Source: Acidobacteriota bacterium
Lineage (GTDB): Bacteria; Acidobacteriota; UBA6911; RPQK01; JAJDTT01
Direction: 5' to 3'
Assembly (NCBI GenBank): GCA_965263035.1
Contig: OZ253580.1
Coordinates: forward strand, 384,001-448,000
DNA: 64,000 nt
Position numbers and translations under genes: made by a program. Every line of letters starts with the position of its first letter. The first letter of the stretch is position 1. This document shows positions 1 through 10,443 of the stretch, piece by piece. The notes beneath the pieces are model-generated. The model was given only the letters and a program-made list of their open reading frames with translations, did not search any database and was not told the origin of the DNA.

Positions 1-980
1 TCTACAACACCTACACCACCGTCGACGGGGTGGCCGAGGCCATCCGGAGCATGGTGATCCGGGGAGCCCCCGCCATCGGCGTGGCCACCGCCATGGGTTT
101 GGCGCTGGGGGTGAAGAACCTGACGTCCGAGGAGGACCTGGAATCGGAATGGCACGGGATTTGCGAAACCATCCGGGTGACCCGGCCCACCGCCAGGAAC
201 CTGTTCTGGGCCATTGAACGGATGGACCGGGTGTTCCGGGCCCACTGCGGTTCCCTGGCCGAAGTTCAGGACGCCCTGGCTAGGGAAGCCCAAGAGATGC
301 ACCGGGAGGACATCGAGACCAACCGGCGCATCGGCCGGCACGGACAGCAGTTGCTCTCGCAAGGCTCGACGGTGCTGACCCACTGCAATGCCGGCGCCCT
401 GGCCACGGCCGGATACGGAACGGCGCTGGGGGTCATCCGCGCGGCAGTCGAGGCGGGTAAGGGCATCCAGGTCTTCGCCGACGAGACCCGGCCTTTTCTG
501 CAAGGGGCGCGCCTCACCTCCTGGGAGATGGTCCGGGAAAACATCCCCTGTACGCTCATCACCGACAACATGGCCGGGTACTTCATGCAATCGGGAAGGA
601 TCCAGGCCGTGGTGGTGGGCGCCGACCGGATCGCCGCCAATGGCGACACGGCCAACAAAATCGGCACCTACAGCGTGGCCGTGTTGGCCAGAGAGCACGG
701 GATCCCCTTCTACGTGGCGGCCCCCCTCTCCACCATCGATATGGGCACACCCACAGGCGCCCAGATCCCCATCGAGCAGCGGGACGTGGCCGAGATCACG
801 CGGATGGCCGGACAGGATCTGGCTCCCAAGAGGGTCCAGGTCGCCAATCCCGCCTTCGACGTGACCCCCAACCGGCTGGTCGACGGCATCATCACCGAGG
901 AGGGCGTGGCCCGTCCGCCTTACGGCGAGTCATTGGCCGGTTTCTACCGGAAGGCTGCTGGTGATCGTTCTGGGGATTGA
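1..980 (+). CDS. mtnA: S-methyl-5-thioribose-1-phosphate isomerase (5' truncated by window)
   Basis: Motifs [58 protein letters not shown]. Confidence 0.95.
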   Translation, partial: YNTYTTVDGVAEAIRSMVIRGAPAIGVATAMGLALGVKNLTSEEDLESEWHGICETIRVTRPTARNLFWAIERMDRVFRAHCGSLAEVQDALAREAQEMHREDIETNRRIGRHGQQLLSQGSTVLTHCNAGALATAGYGTALGVIRAAVEAGKGIQVFADETRPFLQGARLTSWEMVRENIPCTLITDNMAGYFMQSGRIQAVVVGADRIAANGDTANKIGTYSVAVLAREHGIPFYVAAPLSTIDMGTPTGAQIPIEQRDVAEITRMAGQDLAPKRVQVANPAFDVTPNRLVDGIITEEGVARPPYGESLAGFYRKAAGDRSGD

Positions 981-2001
981 GACCAGCTGCGACGAGACCG
1001 CGGCGGCCCTGGTCGAAGACGGACGACGGATCCTTTCCAGCGTGGTGGCCTCCCAAGTGGATGTCCACGCCGTCTACGGCGGCGTCGTCCCGGAGCTGGC
1101 CAGCCGGGAACACGCGTCCAACCTCAACACCATCGTCGATCTCTGCCTGGAACAGGCCTGGAAAGATGAAACGGCCTGGGATCGGGTGGACGGAATCGCC
1201 GTGACCCGGGGCCCGGGTCTGGTGGGAGCGTTGCTGGTCGGAATGGCCTACGCCAAGGCGCTGGCCTTCGCACTGGAGATTCCCATGGTGGGGGTCAACC
1301 ACCTGGAGGGGCATATCCGTTCCGTCTCTCTGGAGCACCCGGGCGCGGAGCTGCCGGCGCTGGCTCTGGTGGTGTCGGGCGGGCACACCAGCCTCTTTCT
1401 TCTGGACCATGAGAATTCCTGCCGGGAGATCTCCCGGACTCGCGACGACGCCGCCGGCGAAGCCCTCGACAAGCTCTCCAAGGCGCTGGGCCTAGGATAT
1501 CCCGGGGGTCCCGTCATCGATCGTCTGGCCCCGCTGGGGAACCCGAAGGCGGTGAGGTTTTCGCTCCCGAGAATCAAGAGCGGAGAGCTGGACTTCAGCT
1601 TCAGCGGAATCAAGACAGCCGCCTTGCGTCATTGCCGGTTGCACGGAATTCGACCCGTGGAGCCTGAATCGGCGAAGCATCCGGAACGGATGCCGGAGAA
1701 GGTGTTGGACCTGGTGGCCAGTTACCAGAAGTGCGTGGTGGATCAACTCCTGGACCGGATCGAGAAGGCCTGGAAACAACACGACGTGCGGTCCATTCAG
1801 ATTTCAGGCGGCGTCTCGGCCAACAGCGAACTCCGCCGCCGGGCAGCGGACCATTTCCGTGACCGGGCTCCCGTCTACTTTCCTTCCCTGCTTCTTTCCA
1901 CCGACAACGCGGCCATGATTGCCGCCACCGGACACCGGCGACTCGCCGCGGGAGAGAAGGATTCGTGGGACCTGACCGCCGAGCCAAACCTGCCCCTCTG
2001 A
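961..2001 (+). CDS. tsaD: tRNA N6-threonylcarbamoyladenosine transferase
   Basis: [53 protein letters not shown]. Confidence 0.97.
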   Translation: MIVLGIETSCDETAAALVEDGRRILSSVVASQVDVHAVYGGVVPELASREHASNLNTIVDLCLEQAWKDETAWDRVDGIAVTRGPGLVGALLVGMAYAKALAFALEIPMVGVNHLEGHIRSVSLEHPGAELPALALVVSGGHTSLFLLDHENSCREISRTRDDAAGEALDKLSKALGLGYPGGPVIDRLAPLGNPKAVRFSLPRIKSGELDFSFSGIKTAALRHCRLHGIRPVEPESAKHPERMPEKVLDLVASYQKCVVDQLLDRIEKAWKQHDVRSIQISGGVSANSELRRRAADHFRDRAPVYFPSLLLSTDNAAMIAATGHRRLAAGEKDSWDLTAEPNLPL

Positions 2002-2149
2002 TCCCTGTTTCTCCGTTGCGCCGCCTGCGAAGCGTTTTCGTGTTTTCGCTCCAACTGTCGTTTGGTTGACTGATGCACCTCTCCCAACGGGGAATCTTCG
2101 GATTCGCCTCCCCAAAGTCGCGGCCGAGGCCACATGACCGGAAAAGGCT

Positions 2150-2419
2150 ATGGACCAGGACTACCGAAACTTCGTTGAGCAGCTGACCGAAACCCGGCGC
2201 CATTTCGACGTGGTGGGCGAAGCCTTACGGGACGAGATCCAGATCGTGGCCGAAGGAGAGATGAACCTGGAAAAGGGCCTCGGGGGTATCCGTCAGGAAA
2301 TGACGGTGGAACTCTCTCAGGTCAAGGCCATGCTCCGGCTGTCCCACGCCGATCTGAAGCACCGCATCTCCTGTCTGGAAAGGACCGTGGAGGCGTTGAT
2401 CCGGGAATCGAACCTCTGA
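2150..2419 (+). CDS. small coiled-coil hypothetical protein
   Basis: 89-aa helical ORF with a purine-rich RBS (GAAAAGG) upstream. Confidence 0.6.
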   Translation: MDQDYRNFVEQLTETRRHFDVVGEALRDEIQIVAEGEMNLEKGLGGIRQEMTVELSQVKAMLRLSHADLKHRISCLERTVEALIRESNL

Positions 2420-2494
2420 CGGGTCCGAAGTAGTCTTCCCTTCGAAGACCGGCGCGGTTGTTCTTGCCGGCCGGCAAGTGGAGTGAGACCAGTC

Positions 2495-4033
2495 CTACTC
2501 GGTGCCGATGGCGGCCAAGATGCCTTCCAATGCCTGGTTGACCTTGGACTTGCTGTGCGCCTCCAGGGAGTCGTCGTAGTCCGTGAGTCTGGCCAGAACC
2601 AGGTTGCGGGACGGAATCACCACCGTGCTCTGTCCACCGGCCCCGGCCGCGTAGTAGGCGTCCTCCGGAGCCGCCCAGTTCCTCTTGGTGTTGACCCACC
2701 ACATGCCGCCGTACCGGGACACGCTCTCGCCCCGGTTCTCCTCGTTCTTCCACGCCGGGGCCGGAGTCTGAACGAAGTCGACGAACTCCTCAGAAAGGAG
2801 GCGTTTGCCCTGCCACATCCCGCGCTGCAGATAGAGGAGACCGATGCGGGCCCAGTCCCGCGGCGTTCCGTGCTCGTAGCCGGACAAGACGAAGTTTCCG
2901 TAGGGGTCCGTGTCCAGGACCATGCGCCGGATCCCGATCTGGTCGAACAGCGCCCGCTGGGGGTAGGTCAGATACTCCTGGCCCTGTTCCTGGACGATCC
3001 GTTTGACGATGTAGCCCAAGGTCAGGGGATCGCAGTTGCGGTAGCGGCCCACCGTGTTGGGCGGGAACTGGAGGGGCCGGCTCACCACGTAGCGAAAGAC
3101 GTCGACGGCGCCTACATAGGGGTAGTAGTGATCCGGGTACTCGGGCCCCACCTCCGATCGCCCTTCGGGACTGGTCACCAGCCTCTCGTAGAGCGTGAAC
3201 TCGAGTCCGCTGGACATCCGCATCAGGTCGGCGATGGTGATCTTGGACCGTTCGTCGCCGGGCCCCTGCCATTCGGGGACCGGAGCCGGATCCTCCAGTT
3301 TCAGCAGGCCCTCCTGCTCGAGGCGGCCGATGAGCGTCCCGGTCAGGCTCTTCCCCTGGGACCAACTCTCCATCAACGTGTTCTTGGTGATGCCTTCGGC
3401 GTAGCGCTCGGCCACCAGCCGGCCCTTGTAGACGACGACCAGGCCGGCGGTTCGAGACGGCGGCTCGAAGGCCACCTCCACCGCCGCCTTCAGCTTCGCC
3501 CCGTCCACCTCGGGGGGCAGCGGATCTTCCGGCAGGAGATCCCCCATGGGCCAGGGCAGGGTATCCGCACCGGGCAGAGAGGTTCGAACGGGAACCGGGT
3601 CGAAATAGATGCCGTCGTGGTCCTCGGGATGAATGATGCAACCTTGGTCCCCATAGAGCTTGGCCGTCCGCGTGAGGGACCCACGCAGAGTGGCCCGCAC
3701 CAGACGGTTCTCATGGTCGATGGACTCAGTGACCTGCGCCATGTCCTCAGCCGGGAGACGCACCAATGCCCGCGTGACTCTTCGGCTGTGTTCGATCGCC
3801 ACGTCGTCTTCCATTTTCGAGACGAAGACCGACGAGCAGAGAAGCTTGGCGTAACCCGCCACGCCCAGGCTGCCGATATCCTGGTCCTTGGCTTCCGGGA
3901 TGGGTTTGGACGCGGGCTCGTCGCCGGGGCCGGCGCAGGAGGTGCCTGGAAACAAGCCAATCATCAGAACCAAAAGGAATGAACCAGCAGAGACGATGGA
4001 ACGACACGTGGAAGACAATTTCTCTTGAGACAT
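2495..4033 (-). CDS. serine hydrolase, beta-lactamase class C / 6-aminohexanoate-dimer hydrolase family
   Basis: SxxK motif SWSQGKS, LMRMSSGL, YRNCD, PRDWARIGLLYLQRG; N-terminal hydrophobic segment. Confidence 0.85.
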   Translation of the reverse strand: MSQEKLSSTCRSIVSAGSFLLVLMIGLFPGTSCAGPGDEPASKPIPEAKDQDIGSLGVAGYAKLLCSSVFVSKMEDDVAIEHSRRVTRALVRLPAEDMAQVTESIDHENRLVRATLRGSLTRTAKLYGDQGCIIHPEDHDGIYFDPVPVRTSLPGADTLPWPMGDLLPEDPLPPEVDGAKLKAAVEVAFEPPSRTAGLVVVYKGRLVAERYAEGITKNTLMESWSQGKSLTGTLIGRLEQEGLLKLEDPAPVPEWQGPGDERSKITIADLMRMSSGLEFTLYERLVTSPEGRSEVGPEYPDHYYPYVGAVDVFRYVVSRPLQFPPNTVGRYRNCDPLTLGYIVKRIVQEQGQEYLTYPQRALFDQIGIRRMVLDTDPYGNFVLSGYEHGTPRDWARIGLLYLQRGMWQGKRLLSEEFVDFVQTPAPAWKNEENRGESVSRYGGMWWVNTKRNWAAPEDAYYAAGAGGQSTVVIPSRNLVLARLTDYDDSLEAHSKSKVNQALEGILAAIGTE

Positions 4034-4093
4034 GCGGCGTACTCTACTACGCCCCTGCGAAACAAGTCCCGCACACCCGAGAGGCCGGCCGAG

Positions 4094-5134
4094 TCACACG
4101 AAATCGGACGGCTGCAGATCCTGGGCGATGGGACGAAACGAGAACCAGCGCGCGACGGAATCCGCCGGCACTCGGCGCGAAACCTGTACCCACTCCCGCT
4201 TCCGGAGGAAGCGCTTCCTGAGCCTCCACACCTCCCGGAAGGCGCCCGACGAAGATCGCTCGCGCAGAAGCACGTACGCAATGATCCCCAGATCCCGAAT
4301 CCACATGTAAGGCAGACATCGGCGCCTGACCGCCGGGTCCAGGTTCTTGATCCTCATCAGGTAGCGGTTCTTGAGCGAATGGTAGTTGATGTGGGAGGCG
4401 AGACGAGCGCGTCGAGAGGGGAGGACCCGGCGCAGGTGCAGCCCCTGGGCAGCCGGCTCGTAGAGAGCCCGCCACCCCCGGAGTTGAGCCCTCCAGGCCA
4501 GGTCCGCGTCCTCCCGGTAGGCGAAGAAGTCCTCATCCAGGTATTCGTCCCGGTACCGGACGTCCTCCAGCATCTCCCGGGTGCAGAGGAGGGCGGCGCC
4601 GCTGATTCCGAACACCAGTTGGCGGCGATCGTACTGGCCCCGGTCCGGTTGCTGGCTGCCCCGGTCGAAGTGCCGCTGAGTCGGAGTGAAATAGATGCCG
4701 GTCGTGTCCAGCACCGGGTATCCACCTGCATGAACGGTCCGGCCCGCGGCGTCCATGCGATAGAGCTTCCCCCCCGCCATTCCCACGCGCTTCACGCCGG
4801 CCATGGAATCGATCAGCGTCTTCAGATACCCCTTGGAGAGAACAACGTCGGGATTCAGGATGAGGACGTGATCGAACCCCCCTTGGCGAAGGTGGAAATT
4901 GTGGCCGTGGCTGAATCCACGGTTCTGGCTGGAGCGGTGCAGCCGGGCCCCGTGGTTCAGCGCCACCCGGCAGCTGTCGTCATGGGAGGCATTGTCGTAG
5001 ACGCGGATCCGGACCGGAACCTCCTGCTCCCGCACCGAGCGCAGACAGGCATCCAGGTGCGCCTCGCTGTCGTAGGTGACGATGCTGACCAGGACGGGAA
5101 GACTGCCCATTTCGAAAATCACCTCTGACGCCAT
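4094..5134 (-). CDS. glycosyltransferase family 2
   Basis: VSIVTY, DNASHD, NRGFSHGHN, LNPDV, FFAYREDADL; start placed at MASEVIF (5134), the longer ORF extension overlaps the upstream gene. Confidence 0.88.
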   Translation of the reverse strand: MASEVIFEMGSLPVLVSIVTYDSEAHLDACLRSVREQEVPVRIRVYDNASHDDSCRVALNHGARLHRSSQNRGFSHGHNFHLRQGGFDHVLILNPDVVLSKGYLKTLIDSMAGVKRVGMAGGKLYRMDAAGRTVHAGGYPVLDTTGIYFTPTQRHFDRGSQQPDRGQYDRRQLVFGISGAALLCTREMLEDVRYRDEYLDEDFFAYREDADLAWRAQLRGWRALYEPAAQGLHLRRVLPSRRARLASHINYHSLKNRYLMRIKNLDPAVRRRCLPYMWIRDLGIIAYVLLRERSSSGAFREVWRLRKRFLRKREWVQVSRRVPADSVARWFSFRPIAQDLQPSDFV

Positions 5135-6003
5135 CGGCCGATCACGCCACGCCGCACCAGGGCTCCCAGCCGAATCAGGGGCCGCAGGAGCGGATAGGCC
5201 AGCTTGTGGTGCTTGGCCAGATACCGGAGCATGTTGCGGGTGTAGATCTCCACGAAAGCGGCGTATCCCAACCGATCCAGGGAAGAGCCGCCCAGATGGG
5301 TCCCGACCCGGAGCTGGGGAAAATGAAGGATCTCCCAGCCGGCGTCCAGAAGCCTGCGGCAGAAGTCCACGTCCTCGAACCAGGCTGGATGGAACCGGCG
5401 GTCGAAACCGCCGACGGCTTCCCAGGCCCGGCGCCTCAGCATCCAGAAAGCGGCCGCCGGCTGTTCCACTTTCAGCGCCTGCACGGAGGAACCGTCCCCC
5501 GCAGGACCGGCACTGCCGGGATCTCTCCTGCGGTCCAGACCGGAGAACGCCAGCAGCTCGTCCAGGAAGACGGCGTCCCGGAGCAGGCTCCACGGATTGG
5601 GAAGAGGACGAATCTGGGGTGTCCTTGGGGAGAGGGAGAGAAGAGTCCCGGTGGCGATCCCGCAACGCGGCCATTCATCGACCTCGTGAAAGAGGGTTTC
5701 CACCGCCTCGGCATCAAGGGTCAGGTCGGGGTTCAACAGCAGGACCCAGGGCGTCGAGACCCGGGCGATTCCCCGGTTGGCCGCGCCGGCGAAGCCCAGA
5801 TTCTCCCCGGCCTCCACCAGTTCGACCCCGTCCCTTCCCCGGGCCGGACCGGCGCTGCCGTCCTGAGACGCATTGTCGACCACCACGACCTGGCCCATGC
5901 CGCTCCGGAGCGGCTCCAGAGATTCCAGCAGCTTCTCCAGGCAGGAACCGCTGTTCCAGTTGACGACGACGGCGCTCAGCCCCAAGCAGTCGGCCATGGG
6001 CAA
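5119..6003 (-). CDS. glycosyltransferase family 2
   Basis: VVVNWNS, VVDNASQDG, NLGFAGAANRG, LLLNPD, WFEDVDFC. Confidence 0.9.
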   Translation of the reverse strand: MPMADCLGLSAVVVNWNSGSCLEKLLESLEPLRSGMGQVVVVDNASQDGSAGPARGRDGVELVEAGENLGFAGAANRGIARVSTPWVLLLNPDLTLDAEAVETLFHEVDEWPRCGIATGTLLSLSPRTPQIRPLPNPWSLLRDAVFLDELLAFSGLDRRRDPGSAGPAGDGSSVQALKVEQPAAAFWMLRRRAWEAVGGFDRRFHPAWFEDVDFCRRLLDAGWEILHFPQLRVGTHLGGSSLDRLGYAAFVEIYTRNMLRYLAKHHKLAYPLLRPLIRLGALVRRGVIGRWRQR

Positions 6004-6006
6004 TCA

Positions 6007-7311
6007 TCAGACCGACGGGCCGTCCCCGTCCCGAAAACGGCGGAACCTGGGCGTGACCGCCCAGCGCATCATGCCGTAGACCAGGTCCGGACTGGTCAAA
6101 TCCAGGATGTAGGCGTTGTCGATCCAATCCTCGATGGTGTGTTCCCAGATGTTCCCCCGGGCGACGGCTGTGGAAATGGAATAGCTGCCCGGCCGCAACT
6201 CGGGGATCCGGAACTGGAAGCTCGCCGACAGCACGTCTCCCGTCCGAGCCGGCGGCAGGTCCAGTCCCGCATAGGAGGTGTTGGAAGAGGTGATCTCCAC
6301 GCCCATGCGGTCCCGAACCGTGAAGCCGACGATGGGGTTCTCCAGATCCCTCAGGATCCGGACCGAGATCAGCAGGTGGACCTCCTCTCCGACCTGCGCT
6401 TGATTCAGGACCCGTCCGCCGGGAGAGTGGAGCAGGACCCCCATGATGCGGGCGCCCCCCTCGCCGTAGCGGTTGTGCACGTGAGGAACGGTGCGGACGA
6501 TCTGGAGGCGGTCATCCTCGCCGGCGCCGCTCCATTGGAGCCTGTCTCCCTCCTCTCCCGCTTGTCTCCGTGCGACCAGGGCCTGATACCGCTGGACCAC
6601 CCGTTCCGGCGAGCCGTCTTCCAGCATTCTCCCCCCTTCCAAAAGAATGGCCCGGTCGCAGAACTGGGTGATCGCCTGCAGATCGTGGCTGACGAAGAGA
6701 ATGGTCTTGCCCAGGCTGCTCAGATGACGGATTCGCTGGATGCAGCGGTGCTGGAATATGAGGTCGCCCACCGCCAGGGCCTCGTCCACCAGCAGGATAT
6801 CCGGGTCCACGTGGACGGCCACGGAGAAGGCCAGCCTCATGAACATCCCGGTGGAATAGACCTTGACCGGTTGGTCGATGAAATCGCCGATCCGGGCAAA
6901 CTCCAGAACGTCGTCCTGGCGTTCCTCCATCTGCCGCTTGTTGAATCCCATGACGGCGCCGGCCATGAGCATGTTCTCCCGGCCCGTGAACTCGGGGTTG
7001 AACCCGGAACCCAGCTCCAGCAGGGCGGAGACCGTGCCTCGGACCGCCAGGTCGCCTGCGGTCTGCCGGTGGATCCCGGCCAGTAGCTGCAGCAGCGTGC
7101 TCTTGCCCGATCCGTTCCGGCCCACGACGCCCAGAGTGGTCCCGGCGGCCACTTCCAGATCGATCTCCCTCAGGGCCCAGAATTCCCGGTGCAGGTGTTT
7201 CCGTTCTCCCAGGAACAGCTCCAGGAACTTGTGGCTGGGCCGTTCGTAGATCCGGTATTTCTTGGAAACGCGCCTCAGGCTGACGACCGGCGCCGGCAAC
7301 TCAGAGGGCAT
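6007..7311 (-). CDS. wzt: polysaccharide ABC exporter ATP-binding subunit with Wzt C-terminal domain
   Basis: Walker A GRNGSGKST, YSTGMFMRLAFSVA, DEALAVGD, C-terminal beta-sandwich extension. Confidence 0.9.
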   Translation of the reverse strand: MPSELPAPVVSLRRVSKKYRIYERPSHKFLELFLGERKHLHREFWALREIDLEVAAGTTLGVVGRNGSGKSTLLQLLAGIHRQTAGDLAVRGTVSALLELGSGFNPEFTGRENMLMAGAVMGFNKRQMEERQDDVLEFARIGDFIDQPVKVYSTGMFMRLAFSVAVHVDPDILLVDEALAVGDLIFQHRCIQRIRHLSSLGKTILFVSHDLQAITQFCDRAILLEGGRMLEDGSPERVVQRYQALVARRQAGEEGDRLQWSGAGEDDRLQIVRTVPHVHNRYGEGGARIMGVLLHSPGGRVLNQAQVGEEVHLLISVRILRDLENPIVGFTVRDRMGVEITSSNTSYAGLDLPPARTGDVLSASFQFRIPELRPGSYSISTAVARGNIWEHTIEDWIDNAYILDLTSPDLVYGMMRWAVTPRFRRFRDGDGPSV

Positions 7312-8116
7312 CGGCGAACTCCCGCTTCATCCCTCTGAAGACCAGGCCCCCCAGGAAGAAAGTCGCCAGCGAGAGCCCGGCCAGGGCCAGCCACGACTCG
7401 GGCGCCGGTATCCGGCCCTCCAGCAGCAGCAACCGGTAACCCTCCACAACGTGGGTCAGAGGATTGAGCCGCAGCCAGGGCTGGAACCGGGGCGGCACCA
7501 TCTCCACCTGGTAGAAGATGGGAGTGAACCAGAACCAGAAGACGAGAAGCACCGACAACACCTGTGCGGTGTCTCTCAGGAAGACCTGCAAAGCCGCCGC
7601 CAGCCAGCCCAGGCCCAGCGCCAGCAACATCAGCCAGAAGCTCCACGCCGGCAACAAACAGACGGTCCAGGTCAGCAGGTCGAGATACACGAGCAGAGCC
7701 AGAAGCACCGTCAGCCCGAACAGATGCGTCACCAGGTTGGAGATGGCCAGAGTCAGGGGCAACACCTCCGAGGGAAAGAGAGTCTTCTGAATGAGGTTCC
7801 TCTGCTCCACGACCGAAGTGCAGGAGCGCTGCAAGGTGTCCTGGAAGTAGAGCCAGGGCAAGAGTCCACAAAAGAGAAATACGGCGAAGCTGTCGGTCCT
7901 GCCCAGGAGGGGCCGGACCTGGAAGATGACCTGAAAGACGAAGGTATAGGCCGCCAACAGAACCAGGGGATGGAGAACCGACCAGCAGAGCCCCATGACC
8001 GAGCCCACGTAACGGCTCCTCAGGTCCCGCCTCACGAAGGTCCAGATCAGGTGCCTCCTCACCACGAGTTGGGTGAGGAAGCTGGACAGGATTTGAAACG
8101 GCACCGTGATCTTCAC
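7301..8116 (-). CDS. wzm: polysaccharide ABC exporter permease (ABC-2)
   Basis: RDLRSRYVGSVMG, TPIFY, LNPLTHVVEGYR; overlaps the wzt start. Confidence 0.9.
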   Translation of the reverse strand: MKITVPFQILSSFLTQLVVRRHLIWTFVRRDLRSRYVGSVMGLCWSVLHPLVLLAAYTFVFQVIFQVRPLLGRTDSFAVFLFCGLLPWLYFQDTLQRSCTSVVEQRNLIQKTLFPSEVLPLTLAISNLVTHLFGLTVLLALLVYLDLLTWTVCLLPAWSFWLMLLALGLGWLAAALQVFLRDTAQVLSVLLVFWFWFTPIFYQVEMVPPRFQPWLRLNPLTHVVEGYRLLLLEGRIPAPESWLALAGLSLATFFLGGLVFRGMKREFADAL

Positions 8117-8175
8117 TCGGGAAATGACCTCACTGCGGCCCGCGCCAACTCCTTCCCTTCCCGGCTGTATGGTAA

Positions 8176-8212
8176 CAGTCCGTGGTGAAAGTCCCGCATA
8201 GCACCGAGACCG
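8176..8212. mobile_element. truncated MITE (one end only)
   Basis: CAGTCCGTGGTGAAAGTCCCGCATAGCACCGAGACCG matches the end of the MITE copies at 16465 and 59328. Confidence 0.75.
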
Positions 8213-8306
8213 GGGGCGCTCTCAAATGGTGGCCCCTCTGCTATCATCGGCGGCGACTGTGGATCGCTTCGACGGACTCGGGGCGATGGCCGGTGGAGAG
8301 GGGATA

Positions 8307-9104
8307 GTGACAGAGAACATCCTGGCCCTGGATTTCGATGGCGTGATCTGCGACAGCGCCCGGGAATGCCTTTACACGGCATACGCGTGCTACGGACCCG
8401 TGGCGGGATTCCCTCCCGCATCGAACCTGAGGGAGATCTCCCCGAGCGTGCAGGGACCCTTCTTCCGAATGCGGCCCTTTGTCCGGGACGGCAAAGACTA
8501 TATCGTCATCCTGAATCTCATCCTGGGCCAGGAGGCGGTTTCGCGGCAGCAGGACTTCGACCGTCGCTCCCAGAAACTCCTGCCGGATCTCTGCGCTTCC
8601 ATGGGAGTCTCCAACCCCCGGACATTGGAGGAGGTGTTCCAGGAGCACCGAAGAACACTGCGCCAACGGGACGAGGCGGCGTGGATGGAGATGAACCCTC
8701 TCTATACCGGAGTGGAAGACGGCCTGCGATCCTGCCGGAGCCACTTCGACCGGATCTACGTCACCACCTCCAAGCCCAGCGACGCGGCGGTCAAGATCCT
8801 CCATTATTACAAGATCGATCTCGCCACCGACCACGTCTACGGGTATGACCGGGTCCGGCGGGCCCGGGGCAAGAATGGGCACTTGACCCACCTTCATGAC
8901 CTGACCGGCACACCCTACTCCCACATCCACTTCGTCGACGACCAGGTCTCTCACCTGCAATCGGCGTCGGAACTGGGAGTCGGCTGTTACCACGCCACGT
9001 GGGGATACACGACTCCAGAGCAGGTCAAGGACGGGATTTCGGCCTCGGTGATCCCTCTACACGAAGATTCGGTGGCCGCCTGGATGCGCCGGCGGCTGGA
9101 TTGA
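8307..9104 (+). CDS. HAD-family hydrolase
   Basis: Motif I ALDFDGVICDS, TTSK, FVDD, TWGY; GTG start after GGAGAGGGG. Confidence 0.85.
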   Translation: MTENILALDFDGVICDSARECLYTAYACYGPVAGFPPASNLREISPSVQGPFFRMRPFVRDGKDYIVILNLILGQEAVSRQQDFDRRSQKLLPDLCASMGVSNPRTLEEVFQEHRRTLRQRDEAAWMEMNPLYTGVEDGLRSCRSHFDRIYVTTSKPSDAAVKILHYYKIDLATDHVYGYDRVRRARGKNGHLTHLHDLTGTPYSHIHFVDDQVSHLQSASELGVGCYHATWGYTTPEQVKDGISASVIPLHEDSVAAWMRRRLD

Positions 9105-9114
9105 AAGCTGTCGA

Positions 9115-9402
9115 TCAGGACGTCTCACCCTGCCGCGTCTCGGCCTCTCGGGCTGGAGGCGGCCTTTCGGCGTTTTGATCCCGCAGGGAGCGCAGCTCCC
9201 GGACCAGTTCCTGCTGTACCCGGGTCTGCTCCTGGACCGCCCGGATGACCGAGTCCAGGCGCGGCTTGATTCCGAAAATCGCGAACGGAACCAGGCACCA
9301 GATCAGCGCCAGCACGACCAGCAAGCCCAGAATCAGAACAAACGAGCTTCCCAGGATGAAACCCAAGATGTCCATGATCGGCTCGGCATCCATCGGAGAC
9401 AC
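9115..9402 (-). CDS. small membrane protein
   Basis: Hydrophobic N-terminal half, LVPFAIFGIKPRLD followed by a coiled coil. Confidence 0.65.
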   Translation of the reverse strand: MSPMDAEPIMDILGFILGSSFVLILGLLVVLALIWCLVPFAIFGIKPRLDSVIRAVQEQTRVQQELVRELRSLRDQNAERPPPAREAETRQGETS

Positions 9403-9459
9403 TCCCGAAAACGGCTGACTGATCGTACTCAGCCGGAATTCGAAGGAACCAGCATTGCT

Positions 9460-10320
9460 CTAACCGGCCGGTTCCAGAACGTGGGCGAATTCCTCACGCC
9501 GGACCTGATCTCCGAACAGGACCGGTGCACACCCTTCCAGGTCGTAGAGGAACATGGCCCGGGTAGCCTGTTCCGGATCGACGTCCCGTACCAGAAGCTC
9601 CTCCTCTCCCAGTCCGGTTTCTCCCACGACCCGGCCGTCCGGGGCCACCACCAGGCTGGTGCTGTTCTGATGCTCTTCGTAACAGCAGTTGCAGGATGCG
9701 ACCCAGACCGTGTTCTCGGCCGCTCGAGCCACGATCAGGGAACGGTGAATCGGGATCTTCCAAGCGGCAGGACGGGTGGTGTTGTTCTGAGGGTGAAAGA
9801 TCAGCTGGGCTCCCTGGGAGACACACTCTCGCGTCGATTCGGGAAAGCGGAATCCCTCAAAGCAGATGACCACCCCCACCCGGACTCCCCACAGCTCGTA
9901 GGTCTCGAATCGGGTCCCCGAAGTATAGGCGGTGGCGTCCAGAGGAGTCAGCCGGGCCTTGTGGTGGGTCCCCAGAATCCGTCCCTTCTCCGAGACGACC
10001 AGAGCCGAGTTGTAGGGTTTTCCCAGGACCGGATCCTCCGGGTTGGGAATCTCGGTCCCCAGGATGCAGGCCATTCCCAATTCTCCGCAGCGCTGCGCCA
10101 CCTGCCGATGGAGTCGGGAAAGGTGGTCCACCGGCACCGGCCGCTCTGGTGGGGGCGGCGCCACGTCGACGCGGTAGCCGACGGTGTGGGTCTCGGGAAA
10201 GCAGAGGATCTGCACGCCCTGAGCCGCGGCCTCCTCCATGAACCGAAAGATGGTCCGGGCATTGATCTGAAGGTCATCCACCTGCTTGGCCTGAGCCAAC
10301 CCAATCCTGATTGAAGCCAT
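9460..10320 (-). CDS. carbon-nitrogen hydrolase (nitrilase superfamily)
   Basis: Catalytic triad motifs CFPE, HHK, ICFEG; ARAAEN. Confidence 0.9.
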   Translation of the reverse strand: MASIRIGLAQAKQVDDLQINARTIFRFMEEAAAQGVQILCFPETHTVGYRVDVAPPPPERPVPVDHLSRLHRQVAQRCGELGMACILGTEIPNPEDPVLGKPYNSALVVSEKGRILGTHHKARLTPLDATAYTSGTRFETYELWGVRVGVVICFEGFRFPESTRECVSQGAQLIFHPQNNTTRPAAWKIPIHRSLIVARAAENTVWVASCNCCYEEHQNSTSLVVAPDGRVVGETGLGEEELLVRDVDPEQATRAMFLYDLEGCAPVLFGDQVRREEFAHVLEPAG

Positions 10321-10356
10321 TATCGCCTCCCCCGCCTGCCTCGAATCCTACCATTT

Positions 10357-10410
10357 CTCTCCACTCTTTCCTCTTTACTCTTTTCTCTTTACTCTTTTCT
10401 CTTTACTCTC
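10357..10410. repeat. heptamer tandem repeat CTCTTT(A/T/C), about 7.5 units
   Basis: ctctcca ctctttc ctcttta ctctttt ctcttta ctctttt ctcttta ctctc in a divergent intergenic region. Confidence 0.85.
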
Positions 10411-10443
10411 CGAACGGTTTATTCTGAAAACGGGAGGACCAAC

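Noticed and set aside
2483-3982. Long antisense ORFs (also 5206-7086, 18463-19908, 28875-30275, 39495-40970, 40825-42996, 57202-58737, 62314-63663)
   Set aside because: Shadow frames of well-supported genes in high-GC DNA, with no recognisable motifs
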